Below are positions 1 to 8,849 of a stretch of DNA of 24,949 bases, in pieces (the stretch's first letter is position 1; each line of letters begins with the position of its first letter). A program made the position numbers and the translations under genes. A model generated the notes under the pieces. That model ran no database searches, had not been told where the DNA came from, and was given only the letters and a program-made list of their open reading frames with translations. The DNA is taken from IMG/VR virus record IMGVR_UViG_3300033076_001297, positions 1 to 24,949 of that record, one strand, 5' to 3'. Source of the stretch: a virus (taxonomy: Duplodnaviria; Caudoviricetes).

Positions 1-113
1 CTGTCGGTCGTGTTGATGGCGATCTCACCGGGGGTCAGGTTAGCGGCCAGAGGCTGCGCACCTGCGGTGGTGGTCCTGTAGTGCTGAATGGGCGTGTATC
101 CTGATTGCGCCAT
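1..113 (-). CDS. N-terminus of a tail fibre/virion protein (Mtd-N-like motif); runs off the window
   Basis: Manual translation from ATG at 113 gives MAQSGYTPIQHYRTTTAGAQPLAANLTPGEIAINTTD. The L-x-x-GE-I-A-I-N-T-T-D pattern is typical of phage tail-fibre N-terminal anchors. GAGG lies just upstream. Confidence 0.65.
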   Translation of the reverse strand, partial: MAQSGYTPIQHYRTTTAGAQPLAANLTPGEIAINTTD

Positions 114-116
114 GGA

Positions 117-452
117 TTACCTCAAGTTTTCAAGTTTATACAGGGTTTTCATATGCTCTCCTGTAAGTTCGTCAAGAATATTCTCGAGCGCGGGGATACC
201 CTTGGCAATCTCGCTTCTGTTCTCATTCAGCCAGATGATGTCGTCATGGATGACCTTCGAGATGTCTTCTTCCTTCTCCTCGATCAGGCCAAACGTGCCT
301 TGATGCGCCTCGACATACTTGTCTAATATAGCAATAATATTTTCATAAAAATCTCCAAGCGCCATGTGCTTGGCGTATGAATTTGTCTTCCAGTGAGAGA
401 CGTGAGCCGCGTTGCGGCTCTCGAATACCCTCTTGATCAGTTCCTCAATCAA
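117..452 (-). CDS. Small ferritin/Dps-like four-helix phage protein (DUF5856-like)
   Basis: 111 aa containing HxxHW-x-T-xSYAxHxALxxFY...D-x-x-x-E and a C-terminal TLYKL. Overlaps the upstream stop codon (ATGA). Confidence 0.7.
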   Translation of the reverse strand: MIEELIKRVFESRNAAHVSHWKTNSYAKHMALGDFYENIIAILDKYVEAHQGTFGLIEEKEEDISKVIHDDIIWLNENRSEIAKGIPALENILDELTGEHMKTLYKLENLR

Positions 453-3400
453 AATGTACCTCCGTTTATGCCTTGCGCGGTACCCGTACCGCCATTTGCT
501 ATTGGTAGTATACCCGATACACCCGTGGTCAACGGTAACCCCGTACAGTTGGTCAAGGTGCCGCTGGACGGCGTCCCTAACGCGCCCCCTGAGTAGAGCA
601 CGGTTCCCCCTGTTCCAAACGCCACACTGCTGCCATTCGTCCCGGTAAAAGTGAGCGTGTTACTGACGTTAAGTATGCGTCCTGAGGCAACTTTAGCCGC
701 AGAATAATCCGCCTCCCAAGTGCCCTCTGCAGTCGCCGTAGTGAGACAAGTCAGGTACAGGTCCGTTCCCGGAGCTACGGTCCATAGGTCCGCACCTCCA
801 TTCGTCTTCACCTGAATATCCTGCGTCGAATCGTTGTCGATCCTGAATTTTCGTCCTGCGACGAGTGTCGTAGCATTCGGTAGTATCAACGTTTGGCCTT
901 GCGTTCCCGTAAATACGGTATAGTCTACCGTTGCGGAAGTGAACGTCGTAGTACCGCCTGTAGTCGCGATCGACTGAAGGCCATAGTTAACAGAAGGTAC
1001 GGTGACAGTGCCAGTGAACACCGGGGCATTTTGCCTTGCGAAAACGCCTGTACCCGTACCTGTATACTCTGTTGAGGTAAGGTGATAGTACTCATTCGCA
1101 GCGCCACCCTGCAGGTTGGCCAGTGCGTTATGGTCCGTTACCGTCGAGCCAGCGAACACTGATGTAAATGCCGAATCGATCTCGGTCGCTGTCGACGCAG
1201 TCTCCGCCACTATGATACGGCCTACGAGAATGGCCATGGACGTGAGAATCGGTGGCGGCGTAGGTGCTGTGGACGCCTGCGCTTGAGCAAGGTTGTAATT
1301 GCCACTTCCGAGAATGTATGCGAGCTTAGGCAGCCCAGACCCGTCGATATACCGGTATACCCAGTTTACTGCGTACTGAGTGCCGGCGCCTGACAGCGTG
1401 ACAAGATTGGTCCCGTTATCATACTGAGTGTTGTTGTACGTAGACACCGTGGATTTTGTCCACACGCCTCCGACATGGTAGTAGAAATCCGCGTTGCTGG
1501 ACGCAGAACTGGTCGCCGCTTCCGTGTACTCGCTTACCCCGTACCACACAGCTCCTGCTGATACTTCGATGACTCGGCCTGTGCTTTCACTGAGCATCAG
1601 TCCCGACGCGCGTTGAAATCTTTGCGTCTGGACAAACCTGCGATTCAAACGGCTGGATGTGGCTCGACCCCAATCGATAGACTGGTAATGGACTTCGGTG
1701 CCAGCCCTCCAGAGTAGCACTGACCCCACTACATCCGAAGCATTGATCAGCAAAGGGTTCGTCGTGATTTGAAATACCGGAGACCCCGCGTTATAGTTTA
1801 TGATCAGATAGTTCGCGCTGTTGTCTGTCAGCGCAAGACCAGTGGCTGCAGGAACAACATATTTTCTGAAAGATCCCATCCACCCGGGGAGGGAATACAG
1901 AAATGCGGTAATCGATGTGCAATCGATAGACGCGCCTCCCGCATTGATCGTAACAACTGTGGGGTCAAGCGCGCCCGCGGTGTTGCTGTCGAAATCGAGC
2001 TGATGCACGTACGAGCCATTGGACAGCATGAGACCTTCGCTCTGATGCCAGATGTCACCGTCGACCGGCGTGGCCGGCTGTGATCCGTTCGGCATGTGCA
2101 GTGGAACGATCGACGAGGTGGCCGCAGGGAGCGTAAGCGACCCTGTGAGCGTCGCTGACCCGCCCGTGATTGCCACATTGTTTGCGTTCTGAACCGCCAT
2201 GGTGCCGAGACCGAGAGACGAGCGCCCGGTAGCCGCGACAAGATTTGTCGATCCGCCATCCCACTGAAGACGCACGCTGTACGCCGTATCCCAGTTGCTT
2301 TGGCTGGCGTTGGTCGGTATGGAGTATCCGGAAGCGTAGGCTACAGAGAACGTGCCTGCGCCGGTCACCGGATTGCCCGATACCGTGAGCCCTGTCGGAA
2401 GAGTCATATCGACGGACGTCACCGTGCCGGCACCGATGGCGGTACGGAAATTCGTTGCGCTCAGCGCGGTTATCGTATTGTCCGCATTGAACCGGGGGAA
2501 CGTTATCGCCGAAGGGTTGGCAAGCGTAAACATGCTGCTTCCGATCGTCGTGGCGCCCAGTGACGTGCGTCCCGTAGCCGCTATGAGATTTGTCGAGCCG
2601 CCGTCCCACTGGAGCCGTACATTGTACGCGGTGTTCCAGTTCGCTTGGCTGAGATCCGTAGGGAGCGAGTACCCGGGCTCGAACGTAAGCGCCAGTGTGC
2701 CCGCGCCAGTGATCGGGTTTCCCGAAATCGAAAAGCCGCTCGGCACCGTCATATCGACCGACGTTACGGTACCTGTGCCGGGAGGGAAATCCCATGCGTA
2801 GCCTGATCCGGTCCAGTAGAGGACCGTGTTGGCCTGCGTGGGTGTAACAACGAATGAGGTAACATTCTCCGCTGACTGATATGGAATCTGGTTCGCCGCT
2901 CCACCATTGAGGTTATCGGCTTGGCCTACATCGAGCGATGACTGATCAACCCAGATATACTCGCCCGCGCCGGCAGACTGCAGCATCTGGCCTGCGGCGC
3001 CTACAGGGCCGACATACAGCCCGTCCGAGCCACACCAGATGATCGCACCAACTTCTGGTACGATGGCCTGACCGGTGCCTCCATGCGCGAGGCCAAGGAC
3101 ACCCGTGATCTTGGTCCCGTCGTTCAGATCGACAGCCGGGTGCCTGTGATCACCCCGAGACATTTCCGTGGACGTACCGGGTGAACCTGCGCTATTGCCC
3201 GTCAAAGGTGTCGCGTCGGACAGATCTGCGCTTATCGTAATGTTGCTACTCAAAGCTCCGCCGCCGCTCAAGCCCGCACCGGTGGAGACTTGTCTGGTGT
3301 CGGGGACGTAGCCGCTCACCGTGAGCTGAACAGTAGTCGCCGAAGCTACGCGGCCTTTTGCGTCCACGGTAAATACCGGGATGTGCGTAGCACTTCCGTA

Positions 3401-3685
3401 TTGGCCCGGGGCGACACCATTGTCTGCAAGCTGTATTGTGTCGATCGAACCGGGGGCGACACTGAGGGTGACATTATTCTCGAGCGTACCGCCGCCGGTG
3501 AGGCTGGTACCCGCTATGATCTGCCTTGATGTAGGCACGCCTGCGACGCTCAGCAGATCACCGACGCGGATCTGGTACGTCGTACCCTCGAATACGATAA
3601 GCATCGTGCTGTTCTCGGACGCGACAGGCGCCGTAGGCAGCTGGGTGACTCTCGTGGGTATCAGATTGCTCGGGACATTTGCCAT
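449..3685 (-). CDS. Large Gly/Thr/Ser-rich tail fibre-like virion protein
   Basis: 1078 aa. Contains GTVTSV, GGTG and 'GLGTMAVQNANNVAITGG' fibre motifs and an internal ~73-aa duplication. Lies in the tail module. Confidence 0.8.
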   Translation of the reverse strand: MANVPSNLIPTRVTQLPTAPVASENSTMLIVFEGTTYQIRVGDLLSVAGVPTSRQIIAGTSLTGGGTLENNVTLSVAPGSIDTIQLADNGVAPGQYGSATHIPVFTVDAKGRVASATTVQLTVSGYVPDTRQVSTGAGLSGGGALSSNITISADLSDATPLTGNSAGSPGTSTEMSRGDHRHPAVDLNDGTKITGVLGLAHGGTGQAIVPEVGAIIWCGSDGLYVGPVGAAGQMLQSAGAGEYIWVDQSSLDVGQADNLNGGAANQIPYQSAENVTSFVVTPTQANTVLYWTGSGYAWDFPPGTGTVTSVDMTVPSGFSISGNPITGAGTLALTFEPGYSLPTDLSQANWNTAYNVRLQWDGGSTNLIAATGRTSLGATTIGSSMFTLANPSAITFPRFNADNTITALSATNFRTAIGAGTVTSVDMTLPTGLTVSGNPVTGAGTFSVAYASGYSIPTNASQSNWDTAYSVRLQWDGGSTNLVAATGRSSLGLGTMAVQNANNVAITGGSATLTGSLTLPAATSSIVPLHMPNGSQPATPVDGDIWHQSEGLMLSNGSYVHQLDFDSNTAGALDPTVVTINAGGASIDCTSITAFLYSLPGWMGSFRKYVVPAATGLALTDNSANYLIINYNAGSPVFQITTNPLLINASDVVGSVLLWRAGTEVHYQSIDWGRATSSRLNRRFVQTQRFQRASGLMLSESTGRVIEVSAGAVWYGVSEYTEAATSSASSNADFYYHVGGVWTKSTVSTYNNTQYDNGTNLVTLSGAGTQYAVNWVYRYIDGSGLPKLAYILGSGNYNLAQAQASTAPTPPPILTSMAILVGRIIVAETASTATEIDSAFTSVFAGSTVTDHNALANLQGGAANEYYHLTSTEYTGTGTGVFARQNAPVFTGTVTVPSVNYGLQSIATTGGTTTFTSATVDYTVFTGTQGQTLILPNATTLVAGRKFRIDNDSTQDIQVKTNGGADLWTVAPGTDLYLTCLTTATAEGTWEADYSAAKVASGRILNVSNTLTFTGTNGSSVAFGTGGTVLYSGGALGTPSSGTLTNCTGLPLTTGVSGILPIANGGTGTAQGINGGTF

Positions 3686-3687
3686 AC

Positions 3688-3990
3688 TTAAATCTCCAAG
3701 TATTTGTCACCGTCTTCGGTGATGATAAATTCATTTCCAGCCTCTTGAATGAGGCCAGACGGACGCGTGTTTATCGACACATCCGGCCGAGTGAACGGAA
3801 GGATGATCTTGTCCGGGGCTCGGGGTGCGAGCCTGTACGGGTCATACTCATCTTTATCTGCCTCGCATACCATCAGCCCGGGGTAGTTTGGATCCGGAGA
3901 CAGCTGCGAAAGCAGGAACTTTCTTGAGCATCTCGCGCAGATCCCGATTCCGTACGTCGGCTCTCCCGTTGGGTCAAGAAATCTGCTCAT
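3688..3990 (-). CDS. Small Cys-containing phage protein (CxxC...C)
   Basis: 100 aa with ICARCSRKF...GLMVC. Coupled to the adaptor gene by an ATGA-type overlap. Confidence 0.7.
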   Translation of the reverse strand: MSRFLDPTGEPTYGIGICARCSRKFLLSQLSPDPNYPGLMVCEADKDEYDPYRLAPRAPDKIILPFTRPDVSINTRPSGLIQEAGNEFIITEDGDKYLEI

Positions 3991-4979
3991 TTTGTGTACA
4001 CGCCTATATTTGGCTGAAGTTGCATCGGGCTGCCGTCGTTATCGCCATCCCATGCTTTTTGCAGGCTGATCGCTGCTTTCTGGTCCAGCATCAGCATGAA
4101 TTGGAGGTCAACCTTCTGATCCGTCCATGGGGTCTCGACAACCACTTTTGCTGCCAGCGCGTTGATAATGGCCTCAAGCCAGCGCGCGGGTACTTCGACC
4201 TCTTGCTGGAGGTTTTCGGTGTCCATGATCTGCCGATGGCGCCAAAGTATCAGCTGAGCGCTTTCTGCAGCGGGGAATGGTGCCGGCCAGATGTTGACGA
4301 CTGGCACCGGCAGGTTACGCTGGAAATAGTAGTTGCTCGGACGTCCGGGAAACACTTTGTTCGACTGGTTCACGTACCCGTCGCGATTCAGCTGACCGAG
4401 GGGGATCTCCTGAGGCATATTGCCGAGAACGACTGACTCGAGCATGAACGTAGACTCGCCGATGATCCTGAAGTACGGATATGCTTTTGCCGCGCTGATG
4501 TCGGTCCACGTGATCTCGCCGGCGATCGCGGTGACGGCGCTCGTGCCTACCGTGATCCATGTCAGGTTGTCGTCGCTCACCTGAAAGGTGGTTGGCGTCG
4601 AAGCGCCGGTCCATTTCAGTCCTACGGTGTTGACGACCGTGGGGTCTGAAAAGTACACTTTATACTCGTTTGAACTGTACGTCGTGGCACCGGTGACCTC
4701 CTGAATTACCCGATAATTCAGGTTCAGAACGTCCACCGTGCCTACCGGGAGCGGGACGATCGGTTGGTTCTCGTACAGGGGGAGAATGACTTTTTCGATG
4801 CACCAGCTGGGAGCTTTCGTACTGGCGAGTTCGGAAAGAATGGCGTAGAGAGACTCGAGGGCGTACTTATGCATTTCAGCCGTAATCGACTGCGCAGGAA
4901 GCCTGCAGCGCCTGAAAGCGTGATCAACAACCTTCAGCGCGTTGAACTTTGTACCACCGATATTTCCTGAATACGCCAT
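3987..4979 (-). CDS. Putative head-tail adaptor/connector protein with a beta-rich insertion
   Basis: 330 aa. Helical N-terminus (AFRRCR...ALESLYAIL), 'GRPSNYY...IWPAP' and a helical C-terminus, as in podovirus adaptor proteins. Position follows the capsid genes. Confidence 0.6.
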   Translation of the reverse strand: MAYSGNIGGTKFNALKVVDHAFRRCRLPAQSITAEMHKYALESLYAILSELASTKAPSWCIEKVILPLYENQPIVPLPVGTVDVLNLNYRVIQEVTGATTYSSNEYKVYFSDPTVVNTVGLKWTGASTPTTFQVSDDNLTWITVGTSAVTAIAGEITWTDISAAKAYPYFRIIGESTFMLESVVLGNMPQEIPLGQLNRDGYVNQSNKVFPGRPSNYYFQRNLPVPVVNIWPAPFPAAESAQLILWRHRQIMDTENLQQEVEVPARWLEAIINALAAKVVVETPWTDQKVDLQFMLMLDQKAAISLQKAWDGDNDGSPMQLQPNIGVYTK

Positions 4980-5067
4980 GCTAGTCCTGTGAATTGGTCG
5001 TAGTATGGCCGCTGTTTCAGCACGCCCGGTCTACATTAAATAAAGCGCAAAATAGGCAAAAAGCAAT

Positions 5068-5337
5068 CTATTTCTTGCTGGCTTTTCTGGCCTCGCTAAG
5101 TGCAATTGCGACTGCCTGCTTTTTGCTCGTTACTGCGGGGCCTTTCTTGCTCCCGCTGTGGAGTTCGCCTGAGCTGAACTCATTCATCACTTTGCCGACT
5201 TTGGCTCGCCCTTTGGGGCCGAAGTTGGTCTGGCCCCCATCCTTCATGGGGATCAGCGGCTCGTGCTTCTTTTTGACAGAGCCTCCACACTTCATACCGA
5301 AGTCGAACTCCTTAACGTACTTAAGTGACTTGCTCAT
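5068..5337 (-). CDS. Small basic protein, DUF6496-like C-terminus
   Basis: Likely start is ATG 5337 (overlaps the upstream stop); 89 aa. KVGKVMNEFSSGELHSGSKKGPAVTSKKQAVAIALSEARK resembles DUF6496. Has two M-K-x-G-G motifs. Confidence 0.7.
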   Translation of the reverse strand: MSKSLKYVKEFDFGMKCGGSVKKKHEPLIPMKDGGQTNFGPKGRAKVGKVMNEFSSGELHSGSKKGPAVTSKKQAVAIALSEARKASKK

Positions 5338-5747
5338 GGTGCTGCATAGGTTTTGATGCACTCGAGAACGATGGTGTACCGATCACCGGCAGTGGCGTTC
5401 ACCGTGGTGAAAAGGACATCGCCCGTGACCCCGGCGCCGGCATTGTTCGTAAGACCGCCGAAAGAGGAATAGTCCATCTTGTACATCTGGTTTTCCGGGA
5501 CTGTATCGCAGATAGCATCGGAAGTCGCATCCCACAGGATGTCAACGCCCATGCCCTGCGTCTGCGCCCAGATCTTGTTGATCTTAACGCCGTTACAGGC
5601 AAAACCTGCGCCGTTCGGTTCAAGAGTTGAAACATCGATCTTGACCACGGCGGTCTCGCCGTCGCCACCCGAAATATTGGTGAACTTGGCTATGAAAAGC
5701 CGTTCGCCATCGAGCAGGGTTTGAGAGGTGACTGCGTCAGCCGCCAT
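5334..5747 (-). CDS. Phage structural-module hypothetical protein (beta-rich)
   Basis: 137 aa with an AAGGAG RBS upstream, in a tightly packed operon. Confidence 0.8.
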   Translation of the reverse strand: MAADAVTSQTLLDGERLFIAKFTNISGGDGETAVVKIDVSTLEPNGAGFACNGVKINKIWAQTQGMGVDILWDATSDAICDTVPENQMYKMDYSSFGGLTNNAGAGVTGDVLFTTVNATAGDRYTIVLECIKTYAAP

Positions 5748-5907
5748 TGTCGTCTCCTTTGATAGGTTCAGGCGTTTCGATACGCCGAATCAGTAGCTGA
5801 TAGGCTTCGATAGCGCCTTGAGCTTTGATCATAAAAGCTTGTGCCTTATTGATCTCCTGCTCAAGGCTGCTGATCTCAGCCAACAAGAAGTCCTTGTTGA
5901 TATCCAT
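5737..5907 (-). CDS. Small coiled-coil hypothetical protein (not in the ORF track)
   Basis: Manual translation gives MDINKDFLLAEISSLEQEINKAQAFMIKAQGAIEAYQLLIRRIETPEPIKGDDNGG (56 aa). It fills the gap between its neighbours exactly. Confidence 0.7.
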   Translation of the reverse strand: MDINKDFLLAEISSLEQEINKAQAFMIKAQGAIEAYQLLIRRIETPEPIKGDDNGG

Positions 5908-5908
5908 G

Positions 5909-6508
5909 TTACGGGGTTACGGTTGTGCCAGCCTGAATGTAGTAGTTGGTGCTGCCGATCTTGATCTTGATCGCCTTCAGAGTGCCGCCGACGGTGCCAG
6001 ACGACACGAAGCCAGCCGCCGGGCCGGACTCGATGTTGATCAGATTGCCAATCTTACCGGTGCCTGCGCCGCTATCCGAAACACGGATGAAGGCCGATGG
6101 CGCCGGGACGGAGACGCCTGCAGCGAAATTGGTGTCGGCCTGAATGACCGCCAGAGTGCCACCGGGAGAGGTGGCGGTGCCGCCGAGAGTTGCCCTGAGC
6201 GCGTTGCCAGCGCCTGAAATGGTGCCTGTGGAATCAATTTCGAGCGACACGTGCGCACCGTTGATGGTGCCGCCGGTAGCCGCAGCCGTCCCGGTGACGA
6301 CAGAGAAAGCCCTTGCAGTCTCGCCGGAACCGGTTGAGGTGAAGGTCATTTTATTGTAAACAAGCCGGCTGTCACCGCTGGCGCCGGCCGCCTGAGCGTA
6401 GCTGCTGGACAAGTTCGAAGATGCGGGGACAGAGATAGGGGCCGCCGAAGAGCCGCTGACAAAACCATTGAGCGATCTTACGGGGCCGGTAAACGTAGTG
6501 TTGGCCAT
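5909..6508 (-). CDS. Putative minor virion/capsid-associated protein
   Basis: 199 aa, Gly/Ala/Thr-rich, N-terminus MANTTFTGPVRSLNGF. Strong AAGGAG RBS. First gene after the major capsid gene. Confidence 0.75.
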   Translation of the reverse strand: MANTTFTGPVRSLNGFVSGSSAAPISVPASSNLSSSYAQAAGASGDSRLVYNKMTFTSTGSGETARAFSVVTGTAAATGGTINGAHVSLEIDSTGTISGAGNALRATLGGTATSPGGTLAVIQADTNFAAGVSVPAPSAFIRVSDSGAGTGKIGNLINIESGPAAGFVSSGTVGGTLKAIKIKIGSTNYYIQAGTTVTP

Positions 6509-6514
6509 GATAGA

Positions 6515-6598
6515 CTCCTTTCATACAAGGGTTTGGCTATGCAGTCTGTATGACGTCAGCCGGATCTGTCTGCAAAGCCGAGATAGTACGCCGGATAG
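6515..6598 (-). ncRNA. Pseudoknot-forming cis RNA downstream of the capsid gene (candidate Mu-gpT-DE-like motif)
   Basis: On the minus strand, GGCTTTGCAG (6579-6570) pairs with CTGCATAGCC (6544-6535). TCATACA (6553-6547) in that loop pairs with TGTATGA (6527-6521), next to the RBS. Confidence 0.5.
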
Positions 6599-6607
6599 TT
6601 ACACAAA

Positions 6608-6635
6608 GTTATACAAAAACCTCCGTATTTTGCAA
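6608..6635 (-). promoter_or_regulatory. sigma70-like promoter TTGCAA-N16-TATAAC
   Basis: Lies just after the capsid terminator and has the same architecture as the site at 8817-8844. Confidence 0.45.
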
Positions 6636-6636
6636 A

Positions 6637-6668
6637 CAAAAAGCCCCCAATACTCTGGGGGCTTTTTG
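6637..6668 (-). terminator. Intrinsic terminator after the major capsid gene (possibly bidirectional)
   Basis: CAAAAAGCCCCCA-atactc-TGGGGGCTTTTTG: a GC-rich stem with T-tracts on both strands. Confidence 0.85.
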
Positions 6669-6685
6669 CTGCTATGGGAAAACGG

Positions 6686-7603
6686 TCAGATACCGGGGGT
6701 TCCATAGAGACCGCGAGGATCGGTCCATCCGAGGGTGTACCTCTCGGTGGCTTTGTACCTCATCGAGTCGGTTTCGAAGTCACCTTCCATGGACTTCTCC
6801 AGCGGTCGACGCATCAGGAGCTTCAGGCCGTCGGGTGCATCCGTCTGAATCCACCACGCCGTAGACGAGGTGATACGAGACAGATTCGCCTGACCTTCAG
6901 CCAAAAGACCCATGCTCTTCACCGGGTTGATGTCGTTGTCCGCGGTTCCAGTACGAAGAACGGATTTCAGAAGCACCTCGGCTTGGAATACGTTGCTGGG
7001 ACCGGTTACGACCTTCTTCGGAGTGAGACGGATCCTTTTGCCGTTGTTGTCAACAGCCTGACGGATCTGGATCAGCATCTGCTCGAGCGAAGTCTGCGAC
7101 AGCGCAGCAGCAGTTGCGAGCTGATTCGAAAACGTACCATTCACGATCGGATGGTTCGCTGCGATGAGGGCCACACCGTCGCCGCCTACGTAGGCGCCAC
7201 CGGTGAACGAACGGTTCAGGACGTTGGCAGCCAAGGTCTCCTTGGTCTCGATGAGAGACTGTGCGAGGTGTTTGGCATAGGTCTGACCGATACGAATGTG
7301 GTCGCCGTCCTCGACAAGCACCTTGGTAAGGCTGAAAGCCAGACCATAAACCTTGTAGAGGTATCGCTGAATGAACAGGACGCCGCCGGACTGGTACGAA
7401 ACCGGCATGCCGTCGGGGAGCTCCGGTGCGGCACCGAAGCCATAGAGCACAGGCTCTTCATGGTAGTTGCGCGGAATACCCTTCTGCTCGCGGAAGACCA
7501 TCTTCCACTCGTCAGCGCGCTGATCGTAAACACCGTCGAACACCTCGTTGAGGATCGGCTCGACAACTGACCTGAAGTCAGTACTTCTCATTGGGGTTGC
7601 CAT
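6686..7603 (-). CDS. Major capsid protein (Mu gpT-like HK97 fold)
   Basis: 305 aa. Motifs 'GDGVALIAANHP', 'GDFETDSMRYKATERYTLGWTDPRGLYGTPG'. Has an AGGAGG RBS, is followed by a terminator, and lies downstream of portal and scaffold. Confidence 0.9.
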   Translation of the reverse strand: MATPMRSTDFRSVVEPILNEVFDGVYDQRADEWKMVFREQKGIPRNYHEEPVLYGFGAAPELPDGMPVSYQSGGVLFIQRYLYKVYGLAFSLTKVLVEDGDHIRIGQTYAKHLAQSLIETKETLAANVLNRSFTGGAYVGGDGVALIAANHPIVNGTFSNQLATAAALSQTSLEQMLIQIRQAVDNNGKRIRLTPKKVVTGPSNVFQAEVLLKSVLRTGTADNDINPVKSMGLLAEGQANLSRITSSTAWWIQTDAPDGLKLLMRRPLEKSMEGDFETDSMRYKATERYTLGWTDPRGLYGTPGI

Positions 7604-7619
7604 AGTTCAGGTCCTCCTG

Positions 7620-8222
7620 TTAATCGTTGGTGGCGACAGATGCCTTGTACTGGGCCTCGTTGAGTCTCACAGAGACAACAACGTACGGATCAGTAAGAGC
7701 ATCACCGATGTTGTAACCGAAACCGGTGATCTGGAACTGACCGGTTTCTCCAGTGCCTACGGCAGTGGTGATCTGGGCATTGCTGAGACCAGTGCTGGTG
7801 GAGCCACCGACGGAGTCGAAGGTCCAGTCGAATTCAGCGCCGACGTAGGTCTGGATCGAAGTGCCAGAGCTCGGATTGGTCAGCTGAACATCGTAGATGG
7901 TCTCGGGGTCATCGTACACGTATGCAACGATGCCGGTGGCCGAAGTGCCGGTCGGCCAGAAGTTCGACACAGTGGGTTTACCCTGTGCGTCCTTGTACTC
8001 GACGCCGGCAAAAATGCCGAGGATTTTGACGCCCGCGATGGTGCCGGTACGCAGGCCATCGCTGGTCCCGAGTACGATGGTGCCGTCGGACGCAATTTTC
8101 ACCGGGTCGCCAATGAAGATATTGGTGGCCAGACCCGTGGTGATGGTGTAGGCTTTCGGGCGCATCTGACCACTGTTGTGGTACGATGGGCGAAAGCCAA
8201 AGGGTGCGCTAAGCGAAGACAT
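7620..8222 (-). CDS. Putative capsid cement/decoration protein
   Basis: 200 aa, beta-rich ('APFGFRP', 'IFIGDPV', 'GIFAGVEY', 'YVYDDP'), immediately upstream of the major capsid gene. Confidence 0.65.
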   Translation of the reverse strand: MSSLSAPFGFRPSYHNSGQMRPKAYTITTGLATNIFIGDPVKIASDGTIVLGTSDGLRTGTIAGVKILGIFAGVEYKDAQGKPTVSNFWPTGTSATGIVAYVYDDPETIYDVQLTNPSSGTSIQTYVGAEFDWTFDSVGGSTSTGLSNAQITTAVGTGETGQFQITGFGYNIGDALTDPYVVVSVRLNEAQYKASVATND

Positions 8223-8256
8223 AGGTAGCTCCTAAGTTGAATTGTTGTCGTCAGGG

Positions 8257-8787
8257 TTATTCCAAATCGAAGGACATATCCCTTTCACGTCCTAGTTCCC
8301 GGATACCCTCGCCGATATCGATTCGTGACTTCGATGCTTTTGCCTGCTCCTCCAAGAACTCTGCCGTATCGGTGAGCTTCTCTTCTTCACGAAGCGGGGC
8401 GTTGTAGTGGACTTCCTTCATGAACTTTTCGTACAGGTCAATCGGAATCTTGAACGCAAGCATTTCATTCACGCCGATGAATCCTGCCCAGTCGCCAGTC
8501 TTCAGAGTGGCGTATTCCCAGCCGGGAACGTCTTCCGGCTTCACGGGCTCATATCCAAGGCGCAAACGCGTCTGGATGGTGTCTCGAGGGTTCGTCGTCG
8601 TCAGCCAGCACAAGTGCCAGCCCGGAATCTTCGGCAAGTCCGGCAATGCGGACTGATAAAACTGTTGACGGAACATTTCAACCCGCTCGTCATCGGAGAG
8701 CTCGCGGTTTTGAGTAGCTTCCCTATCTTCTACTGCGCGATTGCGGCGACCTTCGCCAGCGGATTTTTTCAGTCGTTCGTCATTCAT
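8257..8787 (-). CDS. Phage head-module hypothetical protein
   Basis: 176 aa (PKIPGWHLCWL...RLGYEPV) with an AAGGAG RBS. Confidence 0.8.
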   Translation of the reverse strand: MNDERLKKSAGEGRRNRAVEDREATQNRELSDDERVEMFRQQFYQSALPDLPKIPGWHLCWLTTTNPRDTIQTRLRLGYEPVKPEDVPGWEYATLKTGDWAGFIGVNEMLAFKIPIDLYEKFMKEVHYNAPLREEEKLTDTAEFLEEQAKASKSRIDIGEGIRELGRERDMSFDLE

Positions 8788-8816
8788 AGTACTCGCTCCT
8801 TCAGCGATTAAGTTAA

Positions 8817-8844
8817 TTTATACAATAATTTTAGATAAAAGCAA
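8817..8844 (-). promoter_or_regulatory. sigma70-like promoter TTGCTT-N16-TATAAA
   Basis: AT-rich gap upstream of the capsid gene cluster. Shares TTGC-N16-TGTATAA with 6608-6635. Confidence 0.45.
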
Positions 8845-8849
8845 GCGCT

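Noticed and set aside
1-113. Diversity-generating retroelement suggested by the Mtd-like N-terminus
   Set aside because: No reverse transcriptase and no adenine-specific TR/VR repeat pair is visible. The motif is a generic fibre anchor.
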